NCBI GenBank assembly: GCA_015061185.1
Contig: SUWZ01000011.1
Span: 3,328-67,327, forward strand
Reading direction: 5' to 3'
DNA from: Bacteroidales bacterium
GTDB taxonomy: Bacteria > Bacteroidota > Bacteroidia > Bacteroidales > Paludibacteraceae
DNA: 64,000 nt
Shown: in pieces, positions 48,227 through 58,944 of the stretch
Layout: each line of letters begins with the position of its first letter
How positions within the stretch are numbered: position 1 is the first letter of the stretch
Notes under the pieces: generated by a model
What the model saw: the letters and a program-made list of their open reading frames with translations, nothing else
Database searches by the model: none
Told to the model about the DNA's origin: nothing
Made by a program: the position numbers and the translations under genes

Positions 48227-50392
48227 ATGAAAAGACTTTTATCAACAATTATTGCCATTGCCGTAATATTTATGACAATGGCGCAAAACAGTGAAGTACC
48301 ATTTGTGTATGATGTAGAAAATACCGGCATCGATTGTCCAGATCCAGTATTACCATCAGCCAACCAGTGTAAATCTGTAAGCAAACTACCCGACCCTTTT
48401 GAGTGGTCTGACGGAAGCGGACGGATTGAAACATTTGCCGATTGGACATGCAGAAGAAATGAAATAAAGCGTGAAATTGAGCACTATGAAATAGGAGAAA
48501 AACCAAAGTTTGACAAGTTAGAAGCCACTTATTCCGGCAACACATTAACCGTAAAAATATATGTAGGAAGCAACTCATTGACCCTAACCAGTAAAATATC
48601 AATTCCATCAGGGAATGGACCTCATCCAGTTGTAATCGGGATGGATGGCAATACCGGAAGCATGGGATCACAATATTTTTCCAAATGCATTCAAATACCT
48701 TTTACACATTCACAAATAGCAGAATACAATAGCGGTTTTGGAGGAAATGGGAAAAGTCGTAACGACCCCTTTTTCAAACTCTACCCGAACGATTTCCATA
48801 AAGGAGATTATTGCGCTTGGTCATGGGGAATCAGTCGTTTAATTGATGGTTTAGAGATAATAAAAGATCAAATTAATGCCGATTTATCCCATATTGCCGT
48901 AACAGGATGTTCATACGCTGGAAAGATGGCACTATATGCAGGAGCATTTGATGAACGCATTGCTCTAACCATAGCCCAAGAATCCGGAGGAGGAGGAGTA
49001 AACTCTTGGCGCGTATCAGAGAAGATTGGTTCTAGTGTTGAAGGAATTTCCAACACCAACTACGATTGGTTCATGTCAAGTTTCAAGACTAACTTTAACG
49101 GACAAACGTCCAAAATACCATACGACCACCATGAATTGATTGCCATGATTGCCCCAAGAGCTTTCTTAGCATTCGGAAACAAAGGTTACGAATGGTTGGG
49201 AGACGAATCGGGCTACATATCTTGCCAAGCAGCATTTGAAGTATGGAAAGCGATGGGTATAGAAGACCGCTTTGGCTATGTATTCGACTCTGGACACGAA
49301 CATTGTCAAGCCTCATCCGCACAAAATAGCGCAGCAGATAAATTCATCAAAAAATTCTTATACGGAGATGATTCGCAAGATACCAACATAAGAAGCAGCA
49401 TCATAAATACAGATTACCAATCATGGAAAGATGCATGGGACGATTACGAGTTGACCATAGAAGTTGCTGATCTCACAGCTAAAATATCTTATCCAAGTAA
49501 AAATAGCGAACACTATTCTGACCTTCCATTAAACATCACCACAACAATTAAAGCAAAGAATGGTATAGAAAATGTTTCGCTCTACTTTGATGGTGAACTA
49601 CTCTCTGACAACCTCTCGGAACCCTACAGTTATGAGATGACCACTCCTGAATTAGGAGAACATACCCTATATGTAGTTGCAAAAGATAAGACAGGAGAAA
49701 CCATTACATCTGATGAGGTTACATTTACTGTCATTGAACGCAAAATATTCCGAATGGAGAAAAATACCATCTTAAAAATAGAAGCTGAAGAGATGCCGGA
49801 GCAAGATGGTCAGTATGTAGGTCCGTACGAAGAAAACTTTGATGGTATAGCCTACTATGCCAACAAAGATATGACAGCAGCACCGGTATTTTTTGCTCCG
49901 GAAGAAGGTACATTCATCATTACCCTTACCGGATGCGCAGATGCATCTACGGCTGCCAATTTATCTCTCTACATTGATGACGAGAAGGTGGCTACCTACA
50001 CATGGAATAGCAATACAACCAAAGAGTTGTCAAAAGAGGTTGAAATATCAGGAGCCAATCCTCATACTCTAAAATTAATGATGGAAACAGACAACGGACA
50101 AAGTGATGCCTTTGTAGATTATCTGACTATTATGGAAAAAGATGCTGATATTAATACAACATTCCTTTCTAGTATAGATAGCGACGAAATTAACTTCTAC
50201 CCCAACCCAGCATCAGAAGAAATTTTCATCACCGAAGGTGTAACTGAAGTTAAATTATTTGATGCAACAGGCAGAATATTGCTAGAAACAAGTGAAAAAC
50301 GGATAAATATTAGTAACTTCGACCCCGGAATATATACAATACAACTAAACTCAAATAATAAATTAATTTTGAAGCATTTGATTATCAGATAA
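48227..50392 (+). CDS. CE15-like glucuronoyl esterase, with a beta-sandwich module and a T9SS type A sorting domain
   Basis: GCSYAGKMAL (compare the CE15 consensus GCSRxG), AQESGGGGVNSWR, SGHEHCQ, and C-terminal NFYPNPASEEIFI. An alternative ATG lies at 48206. Confidence 0.8.
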   Translation: MKRLLSTIIAIAVIFMTMAQNSEVPFVYDVENTGIDCPDPVLPSANQCKSVSKLPDPFEWSDGSGRIETFADWTCRRNEIKREIEHYEIGEKPKFDKLEATYSGNTLTVKIYVGSNSLTLTSKISIPSGNGPHPVVIGMDGNTGSMGSQYFSKCIQIPFTHSQIAEYNSGFGGNGKSRNDPFFKLYPNDFHKGDYCAWSWGISRLIDGLEIIKDQINADLSHIAVTGCSYAGKMALYAGAFDERIALTIAQESGGGGVNSWRVSEKIGSSVEGISNTNYDWFMSSFKTNFNGQTSKIPYDHHELIAMIAPRAFLAFGNKGYEWLGDESGYISCQAAFEVWKAMGIEDRFGYVFDSGHEHCQASSAQNSAADKFIKKFLYGDDSQDTNIRSSIINTDYQSWKDAWDDYELTIEVADLTAKISYPSKNSEHYSDLPLNITTTIKAKNGIENVSLYFDGELLSDNLSEPYSYEMTTPELGEHTLYVVAKDKTGETITSDEVTFTVIERKIFRMEKNTILKIEAEEMPEQDGQYVGPYEENFDGIAYYANKDMTAAPVFFAPEEGTFIITLTGCADASTAANLSLYIDDEKVATYTWNSNTTKELSKEVEISGANPHTLKLMMETDNGQSDAFVDYLTIMEKDADINTTFLSSIDSDEINFYPNPASEEIFITEGVTEVKLFDATGRILLETSEKRINISNFDPGIYTIQLNSNNKLILKHLIIR

Positions 50393-50420
50393 CTAAGGTG
50401 TTTTTTAAAAGTCTTCACAG

Positions 50421-50458
50421 TCACGATTTCAGTAACCACTGAAATCGTGATTTTTTTT
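50421..50458 (+). terminator. Rho-independent terminator
   Basis: 13-bp stem tcacgatttcagt / actgaaatcgtga followed by T8. Confidence 0.75.
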
Positions 50459-50678
50459 GAAATATGACGATAAGCCAAATTTCATAATTCCAAAACATAT
50501 ATCAAACCACCATCCATGGATAAAAGAGTGAAACTCAAAATAAATTTATAATAAAATTTAAACGGCTTCTACATTTTGTAATTTCCATGTTTTGAAATTC
50601 GTTTCAAAAGATACTCAAAAAAAAGATTTTGTAACTACAGAAAAAAGGCGTAAATTCGCACAAAAGAAAAAAGAAAAA

Positions 50679-51866
50679 ATGGTAACAGCAAAACTATACC
50701 TAAAACCCAAGAAAGAAGAGTCGTTGAAACGATTTCATCCATGGGTATTTTCGGGAGCTATTCAAAAAATTTCCGGCACTCCGGCAGAAGGCGATTTAAT
50801 AGAAATATTCGATTGCAACGGAAACTACTGTGCAATAGGTCACTATCAAATTGGTTCTATTGCAGTAAGAATTTTATCTTTCGAAGAAAAAGAAATCAAC
50901 ACCTCATTTTGGAAAGAAAAGATTTCTAATGCATATCAACTACGATTATCACTAGGGCTACTCAGAGAAGACAACAACTCATTCCGATTGATTCACGGAG
51001 AAGGCGATGGGTTACCCGGACTGATTGTTGACATCTACGGAGAGACAGCTGTGATGCAAGCTCATTCTGTGGGAATGCACACCATCCGGATGGAAATTGC
51101 AGAGGCTATTATTAATGTTTTTCATGGGAAAATAAAAAACGTATTCTACAAATCCGAATCGACTCTTCCATACAAAGCCAATATTGCAGTGGAAGATGGA
51201 TATTTGATTGGAGAGTGTAGTGGCGATTGTATTGCCAAAGAGAATGGACTCCTTTTTCATGTGGATTGGTTAAAGGGACAAAAGACAGGATTTTTTATCG
51301 ACCAAAGAGAAAATCGTACCCTTTTAGAGAAATATTCCAAAAATCGAAATGTCCTCAATATGTTTTGTTACACAGGGGGGTTCTCTTTCTACGCAATGCG
51401 GGGTGAAGCTCTTCGCGTTGACTCTGTAGATAGCTCTTCCAAAGCCATAGAGTTGACCAACAGAAACGTTGAATTAAATTTTCCTAATGACACAAGACAC
51501 AAAGCATACGCAACGGATGCTTTCAAGTTTTTGGACGATATAAAAAAAGACGAATATGATTTAATTATTCTCGACCCACCAGCATTCGCAAAACATAGAG
51601 ATGTATTAAGAAACGCTCTACAAGGTTATAAAAAGCTAAACGCCAAGGCTTTTGAAAAAATAAAAAAAGGAGGAATCGTATTTACCTTCTCTTGTTCTCA
51701 AGCTGTCAATAAAGAGCAATTTAGACTGGCCGTTTTCAGTGCTGCTGCAATGAGTGGAAGAAATGTTCGCATACTACATCAGTTGGAACAGCCGGCAGAC
51801 CACCCTATCAATATTTATCATCCAGAAGGGGAATACCTAAAAGGATTGGTTCTATATGTCGAATAA
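50679..51866 (+). CDS. rlmI: Class I SAM-dependent 23S rRNA m5C methyltransferase (RlmI-like, PUA domain)
   Basis: KRFHPWVFSGAI, LIHGEGDGLPGLIVDIYG and ILDPPAFAK motifs. The listed start at 50592 is TTG, and an ATG at 50679 gives about 395 aa. Confidence 0.8.
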   Translation: MVTAKLYLKPKKEESLKRFHPWVFSGAIQKISGTPAEGDLIEIFDCNGNYCAIGHYQIGSIAVRILSFEEKEINTSFWKEKISNAYQLRLSLGLLREDNNSFRLIHGEGDGLPGLIVDIYGETAVMQAHSVGMHTIRMEIAEAIINVFHGKIKNVFYKSESTLPYKANIAVEDGYLIGECSGDCIAKENGLLFHVDWLKGQKTGFFIDQRENRTLLEKYSKNRNVLNMFCYTGGFSFYAMRGEALRVDSVDSSSKAIELTNRNVELNFPNDTRHKAYATDAFKFLDDIKKDEYDLIILDPPAFAKHRDVLRNALQGYKKLNAKAFEKIKKGGIVFTFSCSQAVNKEQFRLAVFSAAAMSGRNVRILHQLEQPADHPINIYHPEGEYLKGLVLYVE

Positions 51867-51881
51867 ATAAAAATATAAAAT

Positions 51882-53126
51882 ATGTACACTACTCTATTTT
51901 GGATAATTATTTTGATTATTACTTGCGACTACCTTTTGGGAGTTTATTTAGACTATCTGAACAAAAAACAATCTTCAAAAGGGATTCCTGAAGAATTAAA
52001 TGGATTATACGACTCCGAAAAAGTTGAGCAACAGAAACAGTACTTTGCAGCCAACTACCATTTCAATCAAGTATCTAACCTATTTTCGTTCATTGTGCTG
52101 TTGCTGATGTTCTTCCTATTTGGATTTGCATTTTTTGACAACTTGGTAAGATCATTTTCGGATAATACAATTGTTGTAGCCCTACTTTTTTTTGGACTAT
52201 TATACATTGCCAATGATCTTATTACCATTCCTTTTTCCGCCTATCATACCTTCAAGATTGAGGAGAAGTTTGGATTCAATAAAATGACTCCCGTTCTCTT
52301 CTTTACAGACATTCTAAAGGAGTGGATTATGACAGCTCTATTGGGAGGTGTAATCATCTCTCTGCTGATGTTGATTTACCAATACACAGGAGGTTATTTT
52401 TGGATTATCGGTTGGGCATTCATGTCGTTATTATCGATTTTCATGATGATGTTCTACTCCAATTTAATTGTACCTTTGTTCAATAAACAAACCCCTTTGG
52501 AAGAGGGTGAACTACGCAATAAAATTGAGGATTTCTGTCAGAAAGTTGGATTTGAATTAGACAATTTGTTCGTGATAGATGGTTCCAAAAGAACAACAAA
52601 AGCCAATGCCTACTTCAGTGGCTTAGGCAGAAAGAAAAGAATTGTCCTCTACGACACCCTGATAGAGAAGTTAACCCCTGAAGAGATTGTAGCCGTTTTG
52701 GCGCATGAGATTGGTCACTACAAACACAAACACACCCTTATGATGTTGATTCTATCGATCATCAATACCGGTGTAATGTTTTATTTGCTTTCGATTGCAT
52801 TGGGAACACCTGAAAATGGCAATTTATACATTGCAGAGGCATTAGGTAGCACTCATCCCTCTTTTCAGTTTGGAGTAATTGTTTTCGGAATACTTTACAC
52901 TCCTATTTCTACCTTCTTGGGAATCTTCATTAATTATATTTCTCGAAAAAATGAGTACCAAGCAGATGATTTTGCCAAAAACAATGGATTAGGAACTCCT
53001 TTAGGAGAGGCCTTGAAGAAGTTGTCAACCTCTTCCCTTTCCAACTTAAATCCACATCCTAAGTATGTTTTCTTTCACTATTCACACCCAACGTTGTTGC
53101 AAAGGTTGGAGAATTTGAAGAAATAA
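51882..53126 (+). CDS. M48 family (Ste24/HtpX-like) integral membrane metallopeptidase
   Basis: HEIGHYKH zinc motif and multiple TM helices. Confidence 0.85.
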   Translation: MYTTLFWIIILIITCDYLLGVYLDYLNKKQSSKGIPEELNGLYDSEKVEQQKQYFAANYHFNQVSNLFSFIVLLLMFFLFGFAFFDNLVRSFSDNTIVVALLFFGLLYIANDLITIPFSAYHTFKIEEKFGFNKMTPVLFFTDILKEWIMTALLGGVIISLLMLIYQYTGGYFWIIGWAFMSLLSIFMMMFYSNLIVPLFNKQTPLEEGELRNKIEDFCQKVGFELDNLFVIDGSKRTTKANAYFSGLGRKKRIVLYDTLIEKLTPEEIVAVLAHEIGHYKHKHTLMMLILSIINTGVMFYLLSIALGTPENGNLYIAEALGSTHPSFQFGVIVFGILYTPISTFLGIFINYISRKNEYQADDFAKNNGLGTPLGEALKKLSTSSLSNLNPHPKYVFFHYSHPTLLQRLENLKK

Positions 53127-53261
53127 AAGAAGATGATGTTGGTTGATTATTGTTAAAACAAAATTAAACACTTTCAGAAAACATTTCAACCGACTTATTC
53201 ATAAGTTTAATTGAAAAATCATCCATATTAATGATTTACGATGATAGCTTACAATAAATGT

Positions 53262-53305
53262 AAATAAGGCTGCCTCTACCCAATAGAAGCAGCCTTATTT
53301 TATAG
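53262..53305. terminator. Bidirectional terminator hairpin
   Basis: Stem aaataaggctgc / gcagccttattt between convergent genes. Confidence 0.6.
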
Positions 53306-53375
53306 AGGCATTATTATATAGAAATTGCCTTAAATCAACACTACAAAACAACCAATATAAGAAGGCAAATTTATT

Positions 53376-56180
53376 CTATTTCTCACCATTCATTACCACC
53401 TTCAACACATTTCCTTGCTCGTATAAACTAGCTAAAAGAAGACGTAAATCCTCTTGCGAGATGGTATCTAATGTAGATAGATAATTCTTCTCTAAATTCC
53501 AACCATCCTTGTAGTAAGAAACCAAAGAATTCAAATGCCAATTGTTCTCTTTTTTACTCTCAATAAACTTGTTGCGTAAATTCTCCTTGACCTTCTTAAA
53601 ATCAGAATCAGAAGGACCGTTTTTAATAAAGTTATCAATTCCCTCAAAAATCAACGGCATTAATTTTGCTTGAAACTCCGGATCGGTATCAAATCTCATT
53701 TGCAAAGAGGCATATTCAAGAGGAATCCTTGACAAGGAACCGGAAACAGAAACACCATAGGTGCCACCCTCCATCTCTCTCAACGATTCAAAATAGCGGA
53801 TATCCAAAATATCTGCCACCAATTGTAACATTAATTTGTTTCTTAAGTTATACTTCATGTCACCTGAAATCAAGATAAAATTAGAGGATTTTGGCACCTC
53901 CATTTTTTGCGAGAAAATTGAATTTACCTCTCCTTTCGGACGACGTATTTGCAAATCTTTCCACTCTTCAAGAGCTCTTCTCTTTTGCACAGGAATACCT
54001 CCTAAATAGGTCTCAACAATAGGTTTTATCGTTTTCTCATCGATATTTCCTACAATAAATAGAGTAAAATCCTTAGGGTCTTCAAAACGATCATCAAACA
54101 CCTCTAACGATGTTTTTTGCGACACCATAGCCAAACGATCCAATGAGAACGGCATTGTTCTCGGATGCTTGTTGTTAGCTAAAATCTGAACAGAATCTTG
54201 GAACACCTTTGCCGGATCTTTTGAGGCATTCAACAATGATGTATGATACTGGTTCATCAACGACTGGAAACTCTCATCATCACTTCTTGTACCCTTGAAT
54301 AAGAGATAAATCAACTGCGCTAAAGTCTCAAAATCTTTCACTGAAGAATTACCGGAAAAAGATTCTTCATAAACCCCTATAGAAGGAACTAAACGTACAT
54401 ATTTTCCGGCCAACACCTTATTCAAATCCATCAAATTGTAGTCGCCATACCCATTATTCACCGCCACAGGAACAGACAAATTGGCTGATGCATATTTGCT
54501 AGAGTCTGAAACCAAAGAGATCCCCCCTTTGCTATACCCATAAACCAATATTTCATCATCTTTCAATTGAGTTGGTTTTAAAACAATCTTCATACCATTA
54601 CTCAATGTCCACTCCGTAACGCCTTCAAAATCAGCAACACTCTTGGTTGATTTTACGCTTCCGGCTTTAGGTGTTTTTTTCAGTAGATTGTCAGATAAAA
54701 CATTCTCTGTATAGGGTTTTAACTCCATCACTTTCACGCTATCTATGATTTCCAACGTGCGTTGTTCTGATGGAAATTTAACACTCTCCTTTTCAGGACC
54801 TGTCATCATTACGGTAATATCCTTTGGCGTTATAAACAATGCTGCATAACTATTTATGTCAGCCAAGGCAATTTGAGGCAAAATCATCTTTACAAAATCA
54901 TACTCCCATTCAATGCCGGGAATAGGTTCAAAATCCAAGAAATTACGCACGTATTCATTGACATACGAATTATTTTTTGTTTTGGTACGCTCGTTATATG
55001 CCTTTTCATAATTACTCAACATATCCGCTTTTGCACGCTCAAACTCACTTAACGTGAAACCATACCTGCCCATACGCTCTGCCTCTTGTAACAATATTTT
55101 CAAGGTTTGCTCCTCATTTCCCTCTTTGGCAACAGCCAATAATGTGAAGGCATCACACGTTTTAATCAATTCACCAAAACCTGTGTATGCACCTGCATAA
55201 GGAGCATCCGCCTTCATCGCTATCTCATCCAAACGATCGCTCAACATTTTAACAATCAACGATTGAGTTACGGTATATACATACCCCAACTGACTCGCTT
55301 TTATTTCATCATTCATTGGCGCATGACGATAATCAATTTGAATACGAGAATTTTTCGCTTCTGCATCTTTCAAAATACAAATAATCGGCTTTTCGTTTTT
55401 CATTAAGTAGAACAACGGACGAGGAGTTGGATTTTCTCGCTTGGGAATATCCTTCCAATACTCTTTCACCTTTTGTTCCACTTGATCTACATTTACATCG
55501 CCAACAACAATAATCGCTTGTAAATCTGGTCGATACCACTTATGGTAAAAATCTTTTAAAGTTTGATATTTAAAATTGGCAATCACCGCTGTATCCCCGA
55601 TTACATCACGCTCTGCATAACGAGAATTGGCAAACAAGATTGGTAAAGAAGCCTTCCACAAGCGGCGATTGGAGTTAAAACGTGTTCTCCACTCCTCTCG
55701 AATTACCCCTCTTTCTTTATCAATCTCTTCCTCCTCTAAAGAGATAAAACCAGACCAATCATGCAAAATCAACAGAGCCGAATCTACGATAGAAGGACGA
55801 AAAGTAGGAACCGATTTCAAATTATAAACTGTTTCGTCTAACGAGGTGTATGCATTGATATTGTTACCAAACTGCACTCCGACACTTTCCAAATAGTCGA
55901 TAATTTTTTTGTCAGGGAAATTTTTGGTACCATTGAAAGCCATGTGTTCCAAAAAGTGGGCCAACCCATTCTGACTATCCTCCTCAAGAATTGCCCCCAC
56001 GTTTTGAACAATATAAAAATCAGCTCTCTCGGGAACTACATCATTATGCCTGATGTAATAAGTCAACCCATTATCCAAGACCCCGTACCGAATAGCCGGA
56101 TCCATCTTTATTTCACTATTTTGCGAAAACAATGAAAACGTTGCACCTAATACAGCAACAATCAAAAATAATTTTTTCAT
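53376..56180 (-). CDS. M16 (pitrilysin/insulinase) family zinc peptidase, double-length
   Basis: Signal peptide and the inverted zinc motif HFLEHMAFNGT. Confidence 0.85.
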   Translation of the reverse strand: MKKLFLIVAVLGATFSLFSQNSEIKMDPAIRYGVLDNGLTYYIRHNDVVPERADFYIVQNVGAILEEDSQNGLAHFLEHMAFNGTKNFPDKKIIDYLESVGVQFGNNINAYTSLDETVYNLKSVPTFRPSIVDSALLILHDWSGFISLEEEEIDKERGVIREEWRTRFNSNRRLWKASLPILFANSRYAERDVIGDTAVIANFKYQTLKDFYHKWYRPDLQAIIVVGDVNVDQVEQKVKEYWKDIPKRENPTPRPLFYLMKNEKPIICILKDAEAKNSRIQIDYRHAPMNDEIKASQLGYVYTVTQSLIVKMLSDRLDEIAMKADAPYAGAYTGFGELIKTCDAFTLLAVAKEGNEEQTLKILLQEAERMGRYGFTLSEFERAKADMLSNYEKAYNERTKTKNNSYVNEYVRNFLDFEPIPGIEWEYDFVKMILPQIALADINSYAALFITPKDITVMMTGPEKESVKFPSEQRTLEIIDSVKVMELKPYTENVLSDNLLKKTPKAGSVKSTKSVADFEGVTEWTLSNGMKIVLKPTQLKDDEILVYGYSKGGISLVSDSSKYASANLSVPVAVNNGYGDYNLMDLNKVLAGKYVRLVPSIGVYEESFSGNSSVKDFETLAQLIYLLFKGTRSDDESFQSLMNQYHTSLLNASKDPAKVFQDSVQILANNKHPRTMPFSLDRLAMVSQKTSLEVFDDRFEDPKDFTLFIVGNIDEKTIKPIVETYLGGIPVQKRRALEEWKDLQIRRPKGEVNSIFSQKMEVPKSSNFILISGDMKYNLRNKLMLQLVADILDIRYFESLREMEGGTYGVSVSGSLSRIPLEYASLQMRFDTDPEFQAKLMPLIFEGIDNFIKNGPSDSDFKKVKENLRNKFIESKKENNWHLNSLVSYYKDGWNLEKNYLSTLDTISQEDLRLLLASLYEQGNVLKVVMNGEK

Positions 56181-56321
56181 ACAATATTAAATTCAAAAAT
56201 ATGAACAAAGATAAGAAATTAAACAAAGATATAACTTATACTTTTGATTAATAACAAACTTATAGGTAAATTTGTGTGAAGAATCCAGCGCACCCAATCT
56301 CATCTATAGGCCACTTCCCTC

Positions 56322-57221
56322 TTATTCCCACTTTAAAAAGGTAGTGTAACCAAATATAGTAGGTGTATCATCGTGACAACCAAAATAGAAAACAGTCTTT
56401 TCTGAATAACTCTCCACATACCCTTCGGCATTCATTGTATAGGTATATTCGGTGTTGGAATGAGCTGGAATACTTGTATAACTTAAACTCTCTCTGGTCA
56501 ATAATGAATTTGTTTTTACCCCAAATAATTCCGGGTGAATATATGACAATGAACTTACAACAGCAAATATTGGAAGGTACCCATTAAAAGTTTCCTCACT
56601 ATAGGTATAATTTGTGAAATACCTATCAAAATAATCTTCAAAAGACTCTTCTTGAATTTTATCGTCCCTCCACTTGTAATTATAGGTTGAAGAATCTTTC
56701 GTACCATATTTTTTATGTTGCTTTACAAGATGGTTCATAGAGTCGTAGGCGAAGGAAAATTCTTGGATGTAGTTTTCTCCATTATTTTTGTATTTGCTAT
56801 TCAAATTACTAATTAAATTATTTTCCAATTGAAAAGTAATTAGCTTATCATTACCATCCTTCTCCATAATTTCACACACAATAGAATTTTCTTTCCAACT
56901 ATATATTTCGGTAGAGGTTGTTACACCTTTTGAATTTATTATTTCACAAAGAATAAGCCTACCCATATTGTCATAACTAAACTTGTAAGTTGATGAAGAA
57001 GGCTTAAAGTTTGGATCATCTGTCAAATTATTTTTGGCAATTTTCATTTCTGTCAACCTTTTTTCACGAGGAAGAGTATCCTCAACACTTTCATCGATAA
57101 CCGATTCCGGTTCATTACTATCATTGAGGATTTCTGTCTCCTCTTCGTCTTCGCAAGCTGTGAAATTTACGCCTAAAAATAGAGCTGCAAATACTAACAA
57201 AAAAAATCTAAATGTTTTCAT
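56322..57221 (-). CDS. Hypothetical lipoprotein
   Basis: Lipobox NFTAC followed by an acidic linker. No enzymatic motif recognised. Confidence 0.6.
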   Translation of the reverse strand: MKTFRFFLLVFAALFLGVNFTACEDEEETEILNDSNEPESVIDESVEDTLPREKRLTEMKIAKNNLTDDPNFKPSSSTYKFSYDNMGRLILCEIINSKGVTTSTEIYSWKENSIVCEIMEKDGNDKLITFQLENNLISNLNSKYKNNGENYIQEFSFAYDSMNHLVKQHKKYGTKDSSTYNYKWRDDKIQEESFEDYFDRYFTNYTYSEETFNGYLPIFAVVSSLSYIHPELFGVKTNSLLTRESLSYTSIPAHSNTEYTYTMNAEGYVESYSEKTVFYFGCHDDTPTIFGYTTFLKWE

Positions 57222-57527
57222 TCTAAATCAAGTTTTGCTCTCACGATTTTATTATGAGAATGGTTAATAAAGTGGTTAAAAATTCTGAGATATAAATTCA
57301 GTCTTTGGAAATTTATGAATTCAGTACCGAACGGTTCATAACCCGATTTATACTTTTTCAATTTTGAAGGTGAATTTATAGAACTCACATAAAAAATAAA
57401 AATAACTTATCCCCTATCTCACTTAGGTTAAAATGTATGAACCAAAGTTAAACAAATAATTTGCAATTTTCCAAAAAGATTGAAAAAAAAATTCGCAAAC
57501 GATATTTTCAATCGAATCAAAAATTTG

Positions 57528-57535
57528 TATATTTG
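57528..57535 (+). promoter_or_regulatory. -7 box TATATTTG for ilvC
   Basis: TAnnTTTG lies 40 nt upstream of the ATG at 57575. Confidence 0.45.
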
Positions 57536-57574
57536 CGCAAATTTTAAGAATACTAACTTAAACTTAATATAAAA

Positions 57575-58618
57575 ATGGCAGAAATGAATTTTGGCGGAGT
57601 AATTGAAAATGTTGTTACCCGCGAAGAATTTCCATTAGAGAAAGCTCGTGAAGTTTTGAAAAATGAAACCATCGCAGTGATTGGTTATGGAGTGCAAGGA
57701 CCTGGTCAATCAATGAACCTTCGTGATAATGGATTCAATGTGATTGTTGGTCAACGTCCCGGAAAAACCTACGACAAAGCCGTTGCCGATGGATGGATTC
57801 CGGGAGAGACGTTGTTTGGTATTGAAGAGGCTTGTGAAAAAGCAACTATCATTCAACTTTTGCTTTCTGATGCAGCGCAAATTGAGTGCTGGCCAATGAT
57901 AAAAAAATATTTGACACCAGGAAAAACACTATATTTTTCTCACGGTTTTGCAATTACTTGGAATGATCGTACAGGAATTATTCCTCCTAAAGATATAGAT
58001 GTTATCTTGGTTGCTCCTAAAGGCTCCGGAACGTCACTTCGCAGAATGTTCGTTCAAGGTAGAGGTTTGAACTCTTCTTATGCTATCTATCAAGATGCAA
58101 GCGGTCATGCATTTGAGAAAGTTATCTCTTTGGGTATCGGAGTAGGTTCTGGTTACTTATTTGAAACAACATTTGAAAAAGAGGCAACTTCCGACTTGAC
58201 TGGGGAACGCGGTTCTTTGATGGGTGCTATTCAAGGTCTATTGTTGGCTCAATATGAGGTATTGCGTGAAAATGGTCACTCACCTTCTGAAGCTTTCAAT
58301 GAAACAGTTGAAGAGTTGACTCAATCTCTTGGACCTCTATTTGGAGAAAACGGAATGGATTGGATGTATGCTAATTGTTCTACAACAGCACAAAGAGGTG
58401 CTTTGGATTGGATGGGTCCTTTCCATGATGCAATCAAACCGGTTATGGAAAAGCTTTACAACTCTGTTAAAACTGGTAATGAAGCTCAAATCTCCATCGA
58501 CTCTAACTCTAAACCGGATTACCGTGTAAACTTAGAAAAAGAATTAACTGCCCTTCGTGAAAGCGAAATGTGGAGAGCCGGTGCAGTTGTTCGTAAGTTA
58601 CGTCCGGAGAATAACTAA
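57575..58618 (+). CDS. ilvC: Ketol-acid reductoisomerase (class I)
   Basis: GYGVQGPGQSMNLRDNG Rossmann motif. 347 aa. Confidence 0.95.
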   Translation: MAEMNFGGVIENVVTREEFPLEKAREVLKNETIAVIGYGVQGPGQSMNLRDNGFNVIVGQRPGKTYDKAVADGWIPGETLFGIEEACEKATIIQLLLSDAAQIECWPMIKKYLTPGKTLYFSHGFAITWNDRTGIIPPKDIDVILVAPKGSGTSLRRMFVQGRGLNSSYAIYQDASGHAFEKVISLGIGVGSGYLFETTFEKEATSDLTGERGSLMGAIQGLLLAQYEVLRENGHSPSEAFNETVEELTQSLGPLFGENGMDWMYANCSTTAQRGALDWMGPFHDAIKPVMEKLYNSVKTGNEAQISIDSNSKPDYRVNLEKELTALRESEMWRAGAVVRKLRPENN

Positions 58619-58644
58619 TACAATTATTAGAAACACATTATCAT

Positions 58645-58682
58645 AGAGAGGGCAACTTGAATCGAGTTGCCCCTCTTTTTTG
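58645..58682 (+). terminator. Rho-independent terminator
   Basis: Stem agagagggcaact / agttgcccctct followed by T6. Confidence 0.75.
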
Positions 58683-58944
58683 CAAAATCAATTTGGCAAG
58701 ATAAAACAGACAACTATATTCATTCACAACTAGCAATATAACATAGCAAAAAGAGTCGCCAAGTCTGACGACTCTTTCATCTACCCAATGAAAAACTTCT
58801 CTCTTCAAATTAACAATTACTTACTGAAATAACACAATATTTTTATCATTATCTCAATAGTGAGATTCTCTTGCAATATTCCTTTTTCATTTTCAATTTG
58901 AGGAAGTTATTTATCCATTCAAATCACCCATCAATCAGTCTTCA

